NCBI GenBank assembly: GCA_002441245.1 | Contig: DJVP01000012.1 | Span: 47,458-111,457 of the forward strand | DNA: 64,000 nucleotides | Direction of reading: 5' to 3' | DNA from: Candidatus Omnitrophica bacterium UBA6253 | GTDB taxonomy: Bacteria; Omnitrophota; Gorgyraeia; Gygaellales; Profunditerraquicolaceae | Shown: one piece after another, positions 9,541 through 19,067 of the stretch | Layout of the letters: each line of letters starts with the position of its first letter | Position numbering within the stretch: the stretch's first letter is position 1 | Program-made: the position numbers and the translations under genes | The notes under the pieces: generated by a model | The model's input: the letters and a program-made list of their open reading frames with translations, nothing else | Told to the model about the DNA's origin: nothing | Databases searched by the model: none

Positions 9541-10370
9541 CTGGCAATCTTTAAGCCTTCTTTATTTATAACGATATTCTTTAGAGACTGGCCACGGCGT
9601 CCAAGTTTGGTAAAACGCTGGTCGTTAACCTGCAATTCTACTGCTCCGGCATCACCGAGAGACAACTCAATCTTTTCTTTGGCCTGCCAGGTTTCAGATC
9701 TGCCGCGCGCAAGCACCCCGTGAAAGACAACCTTACCATCCACTTTGGCAGAAACCCATGATTTATCGCGGGCAAATATCCCCAGCATAAAACCCTGGGA
9801 CAACTCCTTTTGCGCCTTAGCCTGTTTGGGAATATTCCTTTTTGAAGACTTATTTATTGCTTCTTTAGGTAAAAGCTCACGGGTTAGTTTAGTCTTGGAG
9901 GCAGGTATAAAAATCCTGGCTTTTGCTGATGCCTTCTTGTGCCAGAAAGAAATAGCCTTAACCAGCTTAACCGCTAAAAATATAAAAATTACCGCAATTA
10001 CCACAAATACAATTATTTTCTTAAATCCGGCCGGAGGCCTAATCGCGCCTAACTTAACTGAAAAATCTTTTGCCAAAGCAGGTTTCTTCTCAATGCGCTC
10101 TCCTATATCCCTGCCTACAGCGGCATTTAATACCGGCTTACGGGATTGGCTGGTCTCGCCAAGATATTCTTTAAGATCAAGCCCAAGGCAATTACAGTAA
10201 ATCTTAATAAAACCTTTGAGGTAAATCGGGCTTAAATCCGAAATACTATCGCCTTCAATCGCCCGTAAAACATTAAGGTGAATCTTAGTTTTCTTTTGGA
10301 TATCCTCAAGGCTCAATCCTCTTTCCTGGCGGATTTTCTTTAGCCGGGCACCGGCTGTCTCAATGTTCAT
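9537..10370 (-). CDS. rodZ: RodZ-like cytoskeleton protein (HTH_XRE + TM + DUF4115)
   Basis: 277 aa: N-terminal XRE helix-turn-helix (LKKIRQERGLSLEDIQKKTKI), a single TM helix, and a C-terminal DUF4115-like segment (GDAGAVELQVNDQ). Confidence 0.6.
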   Translation of the reverse strand: MNIETAGARLKKIRQERGLSLEDIQKKTKIHLNVLRAIEGDSISDLSPIYLKGFIKIYCNCLGLDLKEYLGETSQSRKPVLNAAVGRDIGERIEKKPALAKDFSVKLGAIRPPAGFKKIIVFVVIAVIFIFLAVKLVKAISFWHKKASAKARIFIPASKTKLTRELLPKEAINKSSKRNIPKQAKAQKELSQGFMLGIFARDKSWVSAKVDGKVVFHGVLARGRSETWQAKEKIELSLGDAGAVELQVNDQRFTKLGRRGQSLKNIVINKEGLKIAR

Positions 10371-10437
10371 ATTTATCTTATCTCCTTATACGATACGCGC
10401 GGAGGTATCGCTCGCAAAAGCGTACCCGCGTAATACC

Positions 10438-12615
10438 TTATAAACGCGGGGTATTGCCGCCTGTCAAATCCTTAAGCCAACTCTGACGATCAACTAAAAT
10501 CCTGCGCGGCTTACTACCCTCGTATGGACCAACTAGACCTTCCAATTCCATAATATCTATAATGCGCGCGGCACGCGTATAACCTAACCGCATGCGCCTT
10601 TGTAATATAGAAACCGATGCCTGGTTACTTTCCATTATCACGCGCACCGCCTCATCATAAAGTTCATCCTTCTCTCCGCCATTTGCTAAACTACCTTTTT
10701 GCTGCTCCTTAAGTATTTGATCATCGTAAGCCGGCTCGCCTTGAGCCTTAATAAACCCTACCACCCTTTCAATCTCTTCATCTTTAACCAAAGCTCCCTG
10801 AATACGGATAAGATCTTCTTTGCCGGGCTGCAGAAATAACATATCCCCCTTACCCAATAAAGTCTCCGCCCCATTCATATCCAAAACAGTACGCGAATCA
10901 ACCTTGGAAGCAACCTTAAAAGATATACGCGCCGGTAAATTTGCCTTAATTACCCCGGTAATTACATCAACGCTTGGCCGCTGTGTAGCCAAAATCAAAT
11001 GTATTCCTACTGCGCGCGACAACTGCGCCAGGCGGGTAATCGCATTTTCAATCTGGTCACGCGCCACAGTCATTAAATCCGCAAATTCATCTACAATAAC
11101 CACAATATACGGGATCTTTTCCTGTTTCTCGTTATAGGCTTCAATATTCCTTACCCCTGCCTTAGCCAAAAGCTGATAGCGATCCTCCATTTGCCCTACT
11201 ACCCAATTAAGCGCAACCGCCGCCTTCTTGGCATCAGTAACAACCGGGCATAAAAGATGCGGCAGGCCGTTGAAAGGCATGAGTTCAACCATTTTCGGAT
11301 CAATCATTAAAAACTTCAACTCATTAGGCGAGCCCCTAAAAAGCAGGGACAAAATACAGGTATTCACGCATACGGTCTTTCCTGAACCCGTGGTACCGGC
11401 AATTAAAAGATGCGGCATATCATCCAAATCGCCAAACACGCTCCTCCCGGTAATATCCTTACCTAAACCCAAAGTCAAAGACGATTTCTGCTTATGGTAA
11501 TCTGCTGAAACAAGTAAATCCTTAATACATACCAAAGCACTATGTAAATTAGGAACCTCAACTCCTACCCGCCCTTTTCCCGGTATGGGCGCGATTATCC
11601 TGACTGACTGGGCCTTAATTGCCAAAGCAATATCATCACTCAGTGCCTCAATACGATTGATCTTTACTCCCGGAGCAGGCTCAAGCTCATAACGCGTAAT
11701 TACCGGTCCGCGGATAATATCCGTTACCTTAGCTGTTATTCCAAAATCCTCTAAAGTATCCTCGAGAATCCTGGCGCTTGCCTCAAGATCCTCTTTCATT
11801 TGCTTGGTATCCGGAACAGGGGCATCATCAAGCAAGTCTACTGAAGGCAGATGATAATCCCCGATCTTTAATTCCTTAGGCTTGAGTTTTACTTCCTCTG
11901 TTTGGGATTTGGATTTAATTTGAATCTTCGGCCTGGCAGCCTCAGGCATAAATATTTTTGGTTTTGAAGGCACAACCTGCTCTTCTTTTTTAAGCGGAAG
12001 GTTATTCTTATTCAAAAGACTTTGCTTAACTTTAACCAGAGTGGCCTTTTGTTTATTAGAAAGACTGAATACCCCGGAAAAGAATGATTTTGATTTCTCA
12101 AGCGTCTTTAAAAAAAGCGAGGAGATGAGGATTTCGGTAACCAGGGCCAGAGAAAGAATAATAAAGGTAACAAAAATAATAAAACCCCCTAAACGGCTAA
12201 AATACGTTGTTACAAAATTAGAAGTAAGTGCGCCTAAAAAACCGGCGGTATGGAACCTGAGCAAATCATTGCTCAGATTAAACATGCCGATAAGGGAACT
12301 TAAGGAAATGAGCAATACAAGCATCCCCATAATACGCGGGATGCTCAGATAAGGCTTATCTTGACGGAAAAATCTTACTCCCAGGGTTATAACTAAAAGC
12401 GGGATAATAAAACTTGAAATATTTCCAAATAGGAATACGAGAAACCCGCCTAAATAGGCGCCGAAAACTCCCAGTAGGTTTTTAGGGGGAAGGTTTGGAT
12501 GCGAGGTAAAAAAAACAAGGTCAGCGCGGTCAAAGCGTATAAGGCTGGCAAAAACCATCAGCCCAACCGCTACTAATATAACGCCTTTGACCTCATTTAA
12601 TCTTCTTTCTCTCAC
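10438..12615 (-). CDS. ftsK: DNA translocase FtsK/SpoIIIE
   Basis: 725 aa with N-terminal TM helices, Walker A GTTGSGKT, and a C-terminal gamma (winged-helix) domain. Confidence 0.9.
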   Translation of the reverse strand: MRERRLNEVKGVILVAVGLMVFASLIRFDRADLVFFTSHPNLPPKNLLGVFGAYLGGFLVFLFGNISSFIIPLLVITLGVRFFRQDKPYLSIPRIMGMLVLLISLSSLIGMFNLSNDLLRFHTAGFLGALTSNFVTTYFSRLGGFIIFVTFIILSLALVTEILISSLFLKTLEKSKSFFSGVFSLSNKQKATLVKVKQSLLNKNNLPLKKEEQVVPSKPKIFMPEAARPKIQIKSKSQTEEVKLKPKELKIGDYHLPSVDLLDDAPVPDTKQMKEDLEASARILEDTLEDFGITAKVTDIIRGPVITRYELEPAPGVKINRIEALSDDIALAIKAQSVRIIAPIPGKGRVGVEVPNLHSALVCIKDLLVSADYHKQKSSLTLGLGKDITGRSVFGDLDDMPHLLIAGTTGSGKTVCVNTCILSLLFRGSPNELKFLMIDPKMVELMPFNGLPHLLCPVVTDAKKAAVALNWVVGQMEDRYQLLAKAGVRNIEAYNEKQEKIPYIVVIVDEFADLMTVARDQIENAITRLAQLSRAVGIHLILATQRPSVDVITGVIKANLPARISFKVASKVDSRTVLDMNGAETLLGKGDMLFLQPGKEDLIRIQGALVKDEEIERVVGFIKAQGEPAYDDQILKEQQKGSLANGGEKDELYDEAVRVIMESNQASVSILQRRMRLGYTRAARIIDIMELEGLVGPYEGSKPRRILVDRQSWLKDLTGGNTPRL

Positions 12616-12622
12616 TTCTAAA

Positions 12623-14704
12623 TTAACTGCTTTGTTCAGCCTGCTTTTTACTTAAATTAATCCTGCCCAACTCATCTATGCCAATTACCTTGACTTTGAA
12701 TTCATCCCCCACCTTTACTGCATCCTCGACCTTCTTTACAAAAGTGCTTGATAATTCGGAAACATGCACCAGGCCTTCTTTGCGCGGGGCTATCTCCACA
12801 AATACACCAAATTGCATAATACGTTTTACCTTACCAAAGTAAATCCGGCCCACCTCTACATCATCTGTAATTGCCCTGATCATCTTAATCGCAGCATCGG
12901 ATTTACCTGCGTCGGTTGAACCGACTAAAACCGTACCATCATCTTTTATATCAATGCTGGCGCCTGTGGCGGCAATTATAGCCTTAATTGTTTTGCCTCC
13001 CGGCCCGATGAGCTCGCCGATTTTCTCGGTATTTATCTTTAAAACATCAATACGCGGTGCAAAACTGGAAAGTTCTTCTCTTGGGCTGCTTAAAGCAGTG
13101 CTCATTTTATCCAAAATAAAGAATCTTGCCTCCTTAGACTGCGTAAGGCAATCTTTAAGTAACTCTAATGTAATTCCGTCAATTTTAAGGTCTAACTGTA
13201 CAGCGGTAACCCCCTGGCGGGTTCCGGCAACTTTAAAATCCATATCGCCAAAATGATCCTCTAACCCGGCGATATCCGTAAGGATCGCCGTTTTATTGCC
13301 CTCCTTGACTAAACCTAAAGCCACCCCGCCTACTGCTTCCTTAATCGGTACACCCGCATCCATTAATGATAAAGTCGCAGCACACACAGAAGCCATACTG
13401 CTAGAACCATTGGATTCTAAAATCTCAGAGACTACCCTTACAGTATAAGGAAACTTCTCTTTTGACGGCAAAACTGCAAGTAAGGACTTTTCTGCCAAGG
13501 CGCCATGGCCGATTTCGCGCCTTCCGGGACCGCGTATAGGCCTTGTCTCCCCAACGCTAAAAGAAGGAAAATTATAATGCAACATGAAAGATTTCTTTTT
13601 CTCGCCTTCTAACGACTCAATCAACTGCTCATCATCACCCGTACCTAAAGTAGTTATAGCCAAGCTCTGGGTCTGCCCGCGGGTAAAAAGGCTTGAGCCA
13701 TGCGTACGCGGAAGTACAGATACCTCACAGCTGATCGGACGGATCTCTTTAAAAGAACGTCCATCAATACGAATATTCTCATCTATAATCATCTTGCGCA
13801 CTTGCTTCTTCTCTACTTCATGCAGGCCAGCATGGATATCCGCCGCAAGAAACCCTTCAGTAGTCAACTGCAATTCTAATTCTTTGGTCAATAAGGCAAC
13901 CGCCTCTTCACGCTCTTCTTTTTTGCTCAGTTTATAGACCTTGTTTAATTTTTCCTGGGAAAGCAACTCTATCTTCTGCATTAAAACCGGATCAATCAAT
14001 TTAAGTTCAACCTTGGTTTTCTCAGTACCATAAAGGCGGCAGAATTCTTCTTGCATAGTAATTATCGGTTTTATACTTTCCATCCCAAACTTCACCGCCT
14101 CAAGATACACCTCTTCGGAAACCTCTTTGGCTTTTGACTCAAGCATTACTACGCCGCTGCTATTTCCAGCCACCACTACTTCCAGATCTGCATTCTCAAG
14201 CTCGGCATAAGTAGGATTTAAAACGAATTCGTTATTTATCCTGGCTACCCGGCAGCTTGCTAACGGCCCTTTAAAAGGAATGTCTGAAATAGACAAAGCT
14301 GCGCTTGCCCCGATCAAGGCCAGGACATTCGGATCATTCTCTCCATCACTTGAGAGAACAATAGCCATAACCTGGACCTCATTTAAAAAACCTTCGGGGA
14401 ATAACGGGCGTATTGGACGGTCAATAAGCCGGGAACCTAAAATTTCATTTTCTGAAGGCCTGCCCTCACGTTTAAAAAATCCTCCCGGGAACCTGCCGGC
14501 GGCATAAGTCTTTTCTTGATATTCTACGGTCAAAGGGAAAAACCCCTGCCCCTCTTTTACATCCTTAGACATACAGGCGGTAACCAAGATCACAGTTGCC
14601 CCATAAGTAACAGTAACCGAACCATTGGCCTGCTTAGCAATCCTTCCGGTCTCCAGGATAAGATCATTCTTACCAAATTTAATTTTCAAGCTTTTATTTT
14701 GCAT
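12623..14704 (-). CDS. pnp: polynucleotide phosphorylase
   Basis: 693 aa with two RNase PH domains plus KH and S1 domains; canonical PNPase. The rpsO-pnp linkage is present. Confidence 0.95.
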   Translation of the reverse strand: MQNKSLKIKFGKNDLILETGRIAKQANGSVTVTYGATVILVTACMSKDVKEGQGFFPLTVEYQEKTYAAGRFPGGFFKREGRPSENEILGSRLIDRPIRPLFPEGFLNEVQVMAIVLSSDGENDPNVLALIGASAALSISDIPFKGPLASCRVARINNEFVLNPTYAELENADLEVVVAGNSSGVVMLESKAKEVSEEVYLEAVKFGMESIKPIITMQEEFCRLYGTEKTKVELKLIDPVLMQKIELLSQEKLNKVYKLSKKEEREEAVALLTKELELQLTTEGFLAADIHAGLHEVEKKQVRKMIIDENIRIDGRSFKEIRPISCEVSVLPRTHGSSLFTRGQTQSLAITTLGTGDDEQLIESLEGEKKKSFMLHYNFPSFSVGETRPIRGPGRREIGHGALAEKSLLAVLPSKEKFPYTVRVVSEILESNGSSSMASVCAATLSLMDAGVPIKEAVGGVALGLVKEGNKTAILTDIAGLEDHFGDMDFKVAGTRQGVTAVQLDLKIDGITLELLKDCLTQSKEARFFILDKMSTALSSPREELSSFAPRIDVLKINTEKIGELIGPGGKTIKAIIAATGASIDIKDDGTVLVGSTDAGKSDAAIKMIRAITDDVEVGRIYFGKVKRIMQFGVFVEIAPRKEGLVHVSELSSTFVKKVEDAVKVGDEFKVKVIGIDELGRINLSKKQAEQSS

Positions 14705-14749
14705 TATTTTAGCTCTTTCTTTATTTAATAGATGAAATGTTTTGGGGCC

Positions 14750-15019
14750 TTACTTTCTCAGGTTAAGTTTTCCCAAGACCTCTTCGTACTTCTTCAAATC
14801 CTTGTCCTTGAGATATTTAAGCAGGCTGCGGCGTCTGCCTACCAATAAAAGCAGGCCACGGCGAGAATGCAGGTCTTTTTTATGTGATTTAAAATGCTCT
14901 CCCAGAGAATTAATCCTCTCAGTCAGAATAGCAATCTGGACCTCGGCAGAACCTGTATCCCTGGAATGAACCTTAAAATCATTAATCAATTTTGTCTTCT
15001 TTTCCTTTACCAAAACCAA
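14750..15019 (-). CDS. rpsO: 30S ribosomal protein S15
   Basis: 89 aa, typical S15 sequence ([16 protein letters not shown]...). Confidence 0.95.
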   Translation of the reverse strand: MVLVKEKKTKLINDFKVHSRDTGSAEVQIAILTERINSLGEHFKSHKKDLHSRRGLLLLVGRRRSLLKYLKDKDLKKYEEVLGKLNLRK

Positions 15020-15048
15020 TTTTCTTCCCTCCCTTTCTAATTCTTAAT

Positions 15049-15077
15049 ATTATACGACAACTAACCCGGCAAGTCAA
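15049..15077 (-). promoter_or_regulatory. sigma70-like promoter (TTGACT-17 nt-TATAAT) for rpsO-pnp
   Basis: Read on the minus strand in the 267-bp gap upstream of rpsO. Confidence 0.45.
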
Positions 15078-15286
15078 TGGATTTAATAAAAAGCTATTTC
15101 TTCTTTAATAACTCAATTATCCTATCCAGCTTCTGGAGTACCAAAACACTAAAACATACCAGCCAAATCGTTAAGGCCAGTGACAATAAGCCGCTCATAA
15201 AACTTAAACCGTACCCCATACTCTCCCCCTTGCCAGCTAACCGGCAGTTTTATTTTATTTTGAAATATTGTACCATAAGTATATAG

Positions 15287-15700
15287 TTATGCAATCTCAA
15301 TTTCACGGATTTTCCTACGCGTGGACTTCTTTTCGGAATGACGGCGTTTATGCTCAAGGATCTTTAGTTTTATTCTTTTCGGTTTCTTGCGCGTCTGGCG
15401 CATAATCTTGGCCCTAAGTGACTGCCTTTGTAAAAGGTCATGTTTAAATCTATTTTCAATCTTGCTTAGAAGAATATGCCTGGCCAGATTACGGTTAAGC
15501 AACTGATAACGCTGGCGTTGGCACTTTACCTCCAGGCCCGTAGGCAGATGTTTCAAATATACACAGGTAGCGGTTTTATTAACATTCTGGCCGCCGGGTC
15601 CGCTTGAGCGGATAAAACTCTCAACGATATCTTCTTCGCGCACCCCCAAGGCAAGCATCTTCTTCTCTAGGGCAGTCATATCCTTAGTGACGGTTACCAT
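15287..15700 (-). CDS. arfB: alternative ribosome-rescue factor ArfB (peptidyl-tRNA hydrolase, GGQ domain)
   Basis: About 137 aa; the GGQ motif (SSGPGGQNVNK) and a basic C-terminal tail are typical of ArfB/YaeJ. Start is chosen at an internal Met to avoid overlapping the upstream ORF. Confidence 0.7.
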   Translation of the reverse strand: MVTVTKDMTALEKKMLALGVREEDIVESFIRSSGPGGQNVNKTATCVYLKHLPTGLEVKCQRQRYQLLNRNLARHILLSKIENRFKHDLLQRQSLRAKIMRQTRKKPKRIKLKILEHKRRHSEKKSTRRKIREIEIA

Positions 15701-15704
15701 AAAA

Positions 15705-16388
15705 CTACACCCCCACCTCAACATCAATCTTCTTAATTAAGGCATCCAACTCTTTGATTAAGGGCATGGGAAGCATTTTTAAGACCTCTGCCTCTTGTTT
15801 CAACATGCGCAGCTGCCCTAGCACCCTCCTGAGAAGGGCCAGTTTCCTTTTTTCCTGGGCCTCTTGCGGCTCCAGCTCCTGGCGCTGCCTGATAATTAAA
15901 CTTAAGTTTCTCTTTAACTCCTGGGCAGGCCTGCCTTTCTCAAAAATATCTTTTTTAAGATTATTATAATCGTCTTCGTCTAATGCTTTTTTATTTTTTG
16001 CCTGGCGCAGGATATCCACTGACTCATAGCTGGGGATATTGGCCGCCTGGCTTGCATCAACATAATCATTTTTTAAATATTGCGGCTCTTCTTTCTCCAG
16101 AAAATAATATGACTTAAGCAGCTTCATTGCCGTTTGCTTACGTATGCCTATCTCACGACTGGCATAAACATCAAAATTTGCATAGCCCCATTCCTTATAT
16201 ATCTTGTCCTTCCAGACTGAATAAAGAGAACGGCCCAATTCAATCCATGAACACTTAAAATTTTTAGCGCTCTCTAGAATGTGATAGCGCAAAGAACCGC
16301 TATCTAAATTTTCCATTTTTTCTTCAATATTTCTTAAAGACTTTGATTTTGCCCCATCCATGGCTATCCCCTGTGTAAAGGCACGCAC
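15705..16388 (-). CDS. hypothetical protein (possible DNA-binding; no family recognised)
   Basis: 227-aa ORF in an operon context; charged with a coiled-coil-like C-terminus. No motif recognised. Confidence 0.45.
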   Translation of the reverse strand: MRAFTQGIAMDGAKSKSLRNIEEKMENLDSGSLRYHILESAKNFKCSWIELGRSLYSVWKDKIYKEWGYANFDVYASREIGIRKQTAMKLLKSYYFLEKEEPQYLKNDYVDASQAANIPSYESVDILRQAKNKKALDEDDYNNLKKDIFEKGRPAQELKRNLSLIIRQRQELEPQEAQEKRKLALLRRVLGQLRMLKQEAEVLKMLPMPLIKELDALIKKIDVEVGV

Positions 16389-16409
16389 AGCCTGCCCTAT
16401 ATCCGGTTG

Positions 16410-17480
16410 TTAGTTTCCAAATATCTCCTTCAACCCCTTACTATAACCCTTAAACTTATCTATTATGTTACTTATTTTATCAACAATTTGTTCCGGCGAC
16501 TGGCTGCTAAGGTTCTTCATTGCCGCTTTCAAAATTATACTTTTTAGCTTATCTTGATTCAAAGACGGATTATCCAGCTTGGTATCAATGTTAAAAACTA
16601 AATGCAAATTACCATCCTTATCAGTAAACAGGTCCAATGCATTCTTCGCTAAATCCAGGCTTATATCCTGCTCCAAACTATCTTCATAAACGAGATTGGA
16701 GAGATTAAAATCCGTATTAATATTCAAGACATTATTCTTAGCTTTAAAGGTTGAGGCAAGGTTAAGTTTTGCTGATAAGAGTTTTTTATTTGAGATGAAA
16801 TTTCCGTAGTAAGGAGAAAAATTAGTTATATCCATGTCTTTAACCTCTAACTTCGCATCCATATCTTTAGCTAGATAATCAAGCCAACCGTAAAAATTAA
16901 TATCGCCAAAGGCCTCTCCCGCGGGGTTTGCCAGTTGGCAGCTTAAGCTAAAGTTTGTAGCCAGAGATGTTACGGGCAGGGAAACTTTAGCCACGCTTAT
17001 ATCCAGCTTATCTACAATAACCTGGTATCCGGCAACGCTTACTTTTCTATCTGTAAAAATTATTTTACCATTTTGTATTTTAAGGCTGGTAGGATAAACT
17101 TCAGGTGACTTGCCACCATTTTGCTCTAAGACCGGCAGGTTTAATTTACCATCCACAGACTGCTCAAGATTAATCACCGGCTCGGTAATCGTTAAACCAT
17201 GAATAACTACCTTGCCAAATAATAAAGCAAATAGATTTGGCGAGAATGATATCTTCTTGATATTCGCCAAGTTTCCAATCTCCAGTTTCTCAAGGGTAAT
17301 AGTAAAAGGCATGCTTAAACTTATCTTACTGAGGCTGGTCTTAACCTTTAAATTCTGCCGGATCTGGTCTTCAACAATCTTAGGAGCATAAACTGCAAAT
17401 AAAATACTGGCGGCAAGAAAGATAGCTACAAATATAACAATAATTATAAATAGGACTTTAAATATTTTATGCATCTGCAT
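16410..17480 (-). CDS. AsmA-like membrane-anchored protein
   Basis: 356 aa with an N-terminal TM anchor followed by an AsmA-like N-domain (VVIHGLTITEPVINLEQS). Lower GC than its neighbours. Confidence 0.5.
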   Translation of the reverse strand: MQMHKIFKVLFIIIVIFVAIFLAASILFAVYAPKIVEDQIRQNLKVKTSLSKISLSMPFTITLEKLEIGNLANIKKISFSPNLFALLFGKVVIHGLTITEPVINLEQSVDGKLNLPVLEQNGGKSPEVYPTSLKIQNGKIIFTDRKVSVAGYQVIVDKLDISVAKVSLPVTSLATNFSLSCQLANPAGEAFGDINFYGWLDYLAKDMDAKLEVKDMDITNFSPYYGNFISNKKLLSAKLNLASTFKAKNNVLNINTDFNLSNLVYEDSLEQDISLDLAKNALDLFTDKDGNLHLVFNIDTKLDNPSLNQDKLKSIILKAAMKNLSSQSPEQIVDKISNIIDKFKGYSKGLKEIFGN

Positions 17481-17491
17481 TCCCCTTTTAT

Positions 17492-18265
17492 TTATTCACT
17501 TACCCCTGCATTTACTTCTGCTGCATTAAGATCAAGACCAAGAAACTCCTGATTTGTTGGCAGGTTTAAATAAAAACCTGCAGTCTCATCAATCTCAATT
17601 TTTAACCTGAATGCTTGAAAATCCAGTAGATGCCCGCCGCTTTTTTTATCCTCGCTGATAAAATGCAGGTGATAACCGCCAACGCTCAAATTATTTAAAT
17701 ATTCTGGCGAGCGCCAGCCGACTATAGTTCCTTTTATGTTATGAAATTCAAATACCTTCTGTTCTTTAACCGCCTGCTCAAGTCCTGGGTACGGCTTGGC
17801 CTGTTTAGGCACGCTTCTGGTTTTTACAAACTTAAACAAACCGCTAATCTTTACGGCATAGAAGATATTCTTAGAGGGCAATAATCTATCCAAATACTGT
17901 TTTAGGTCCGCATAGCTTAGTTCTTTATCAGCTGTAAATACCTTATCAGTATCAAAAAAGGTCACCTGCGCAAACGGAATTCCCGCCGCCTCATTCACCA
18001 GATAGACATGTCCATCAACTTTAACCTGATAGAAAAAGCCATCCAGGGCCACCATCTCTCCCTCTAGGCATTGAAAAGTACCCAGCCCAAAGTCTCCATG
18101 CCCCTTAAGAACGCAAAGCTTTGTCTGGCCATCATAATCACCGGCAGAAAGCGCCTGTATAGTTGAAACCTGATAAAGAACTTCCCTGCCCGGCAGATGG
18201 CTGCATCCAAACAAGGTAAAAACAGAAACTGCCAAAGATAACAGGTATGATTTATTTACTAACAT
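17492..18265 (-). CDS. alpha-acetolactate decarboxylase-like lipoprotein
   Basis: 257 aa. YQVSTIQALSAGDYDG...HGDFGLGTF...LDGFFYQV and the GGYHLHFISED...GGHLLDF metal-ligand region match the ALDC family. Lipobox LFGC at the N-terminus. Confidence 0.7.
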   Translation of the reverse strand: MLVNKSYLLSLAVSVFTLFGCSHLPGREVLYQVSTIQALSAGDYDGQTKLCVLKGHGDFGLGTFQCLEGEMVALDGFFYQVKVDGHVYLVNEAAGIPFAQVTFFDTDKVFTADKELSYADLKQYLDRLLPSKNIFYAVKISGLFKFVKTRSVPKQAKPYPGLEQAVKEQKVFEFHNIKGTIVGWRSPEYLNNLSVGGYHLHFISEDKKSGGHLLDFQAFRLKIEIDETAGFYLNLPTNQEFLGLDLNAAEVNAGVSE

Positions 18266-18989
18266 GGCCTAAGGCGGCAGCGGTTTCAATCTTTTCCCGT
18301 ACAGTATCCCTGAGCAGGGAAAAATCTCCGGGGCCAAACCCATAAGTTTCTACTACCGGCAAAACAATAAGTTTGACCGAAACTTTAGTCTTAAAAATCC
18401 AGTTACCTTTAGGAATCGCTTCCCGCGTGCCGATTAAACAAACAGGCAGAATTGGCTTTTTCTCTTTAATTGCCAGCTTAAAGGCCCCGTTTTGGAATTC
18501 ATTCATTTTGTCGCTGGTGCTGCGGGTGCCTTCCGGGAAAAACAATACCGACATATCCTTTTTAAGCCACTGGCTCGCCTGATGATAAATTTCTTTTATG
18601 CTCGCAAAATCTCCCCGCAAAAGCTTTATATGTTTAATCAACCCCAGGCACCAGCCTATAAAAGGAACTTTAAACAAGCTTGCCTTGGCTACCCACTTAA
18701 ACTGCATTTTAGTCTGATAGAGCACGGCAATATCAGCCATGCTTTGATGGTTAGAGATTATCACATACGTTCTTTTATGGTCTATATTCTCGAGCCCGCT
18801 TACCCTTACATTCCAATAAGGGTTTAAACCAATCACGGCATCCGACCACCAGAAACATTGTGCATGAGTGATTTTCTTTCTTTTATCGAAAGGGAAAAAC
18901 AGGATATTTAAGACAAAAACCACAAAGAAAAGCAGGATGGTCAATAACCCGCTGCCAAACCAAATTCCTATAGAGATAATTGCATTCAT
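18252..18989 (-). CDS. plsC: 1-acyl-sn-glycerol-3-phosphate acyltransferase
   Basis: 245 aa with the acyltransferase motifs NHQSMADI and FPEGTRS. Confidence 0.8.
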   Translation of the reverse strand: MNAIISIGIWFGSGLLTILLFFVVFVLNILFFPFDKRKKITHAQCFWWSDAVIGLNPYWNVRVSGLENIDHKRTYVIISNHQSMADIAVLYQTKMQFKWVAKASLFKVPFIGWCLGLIKHIKLLRGDFASIKEIYHQASQWLKKDMSVLFFPEGTRSTSDKMNEFQNGAFKLAIKEKKPILPVCLIGTREAIPKGNWIFKTKVSVKLIVLPVVETYGFGPGDFSLLRDTVREKIETAAALGHVSK

Positions 18990-19067
18990 CTTCTTTGCTT
19001 GACTATAGCCTAAATAGAGAAAATTGTCAACTTTAATGAGCGCTTAACTGCAGGTATAATACGTCGG

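Noticed and set aside
10371-10437. Two hairpins (CCCGCGT/ACGCGGG; cgatac/gtatcg) between ftsK and rodZ, considered as terminators
   Set aside because: The downstream U-tracts are weak. They are plausible, but they may equally be REP-like or read-through structures.
15077-15286. 69-aa plus-strand ORF in the rpsO upstream region
   Set aside because: It sits in the promoter and leader of rpsO on the opposite strand. It is AT-rich and low-complexity, with no Shine-Dalgarno.
18990-19067. TTGACA-17 nt-TATAGT promoter for plsC
   Set aside because: The spacing would give a leader of only about 5 nt with no Shine-Dalgarno before the plsC ATG. It is possible (a leaderless mRNA), but the evidence is too weak to list as a feature.
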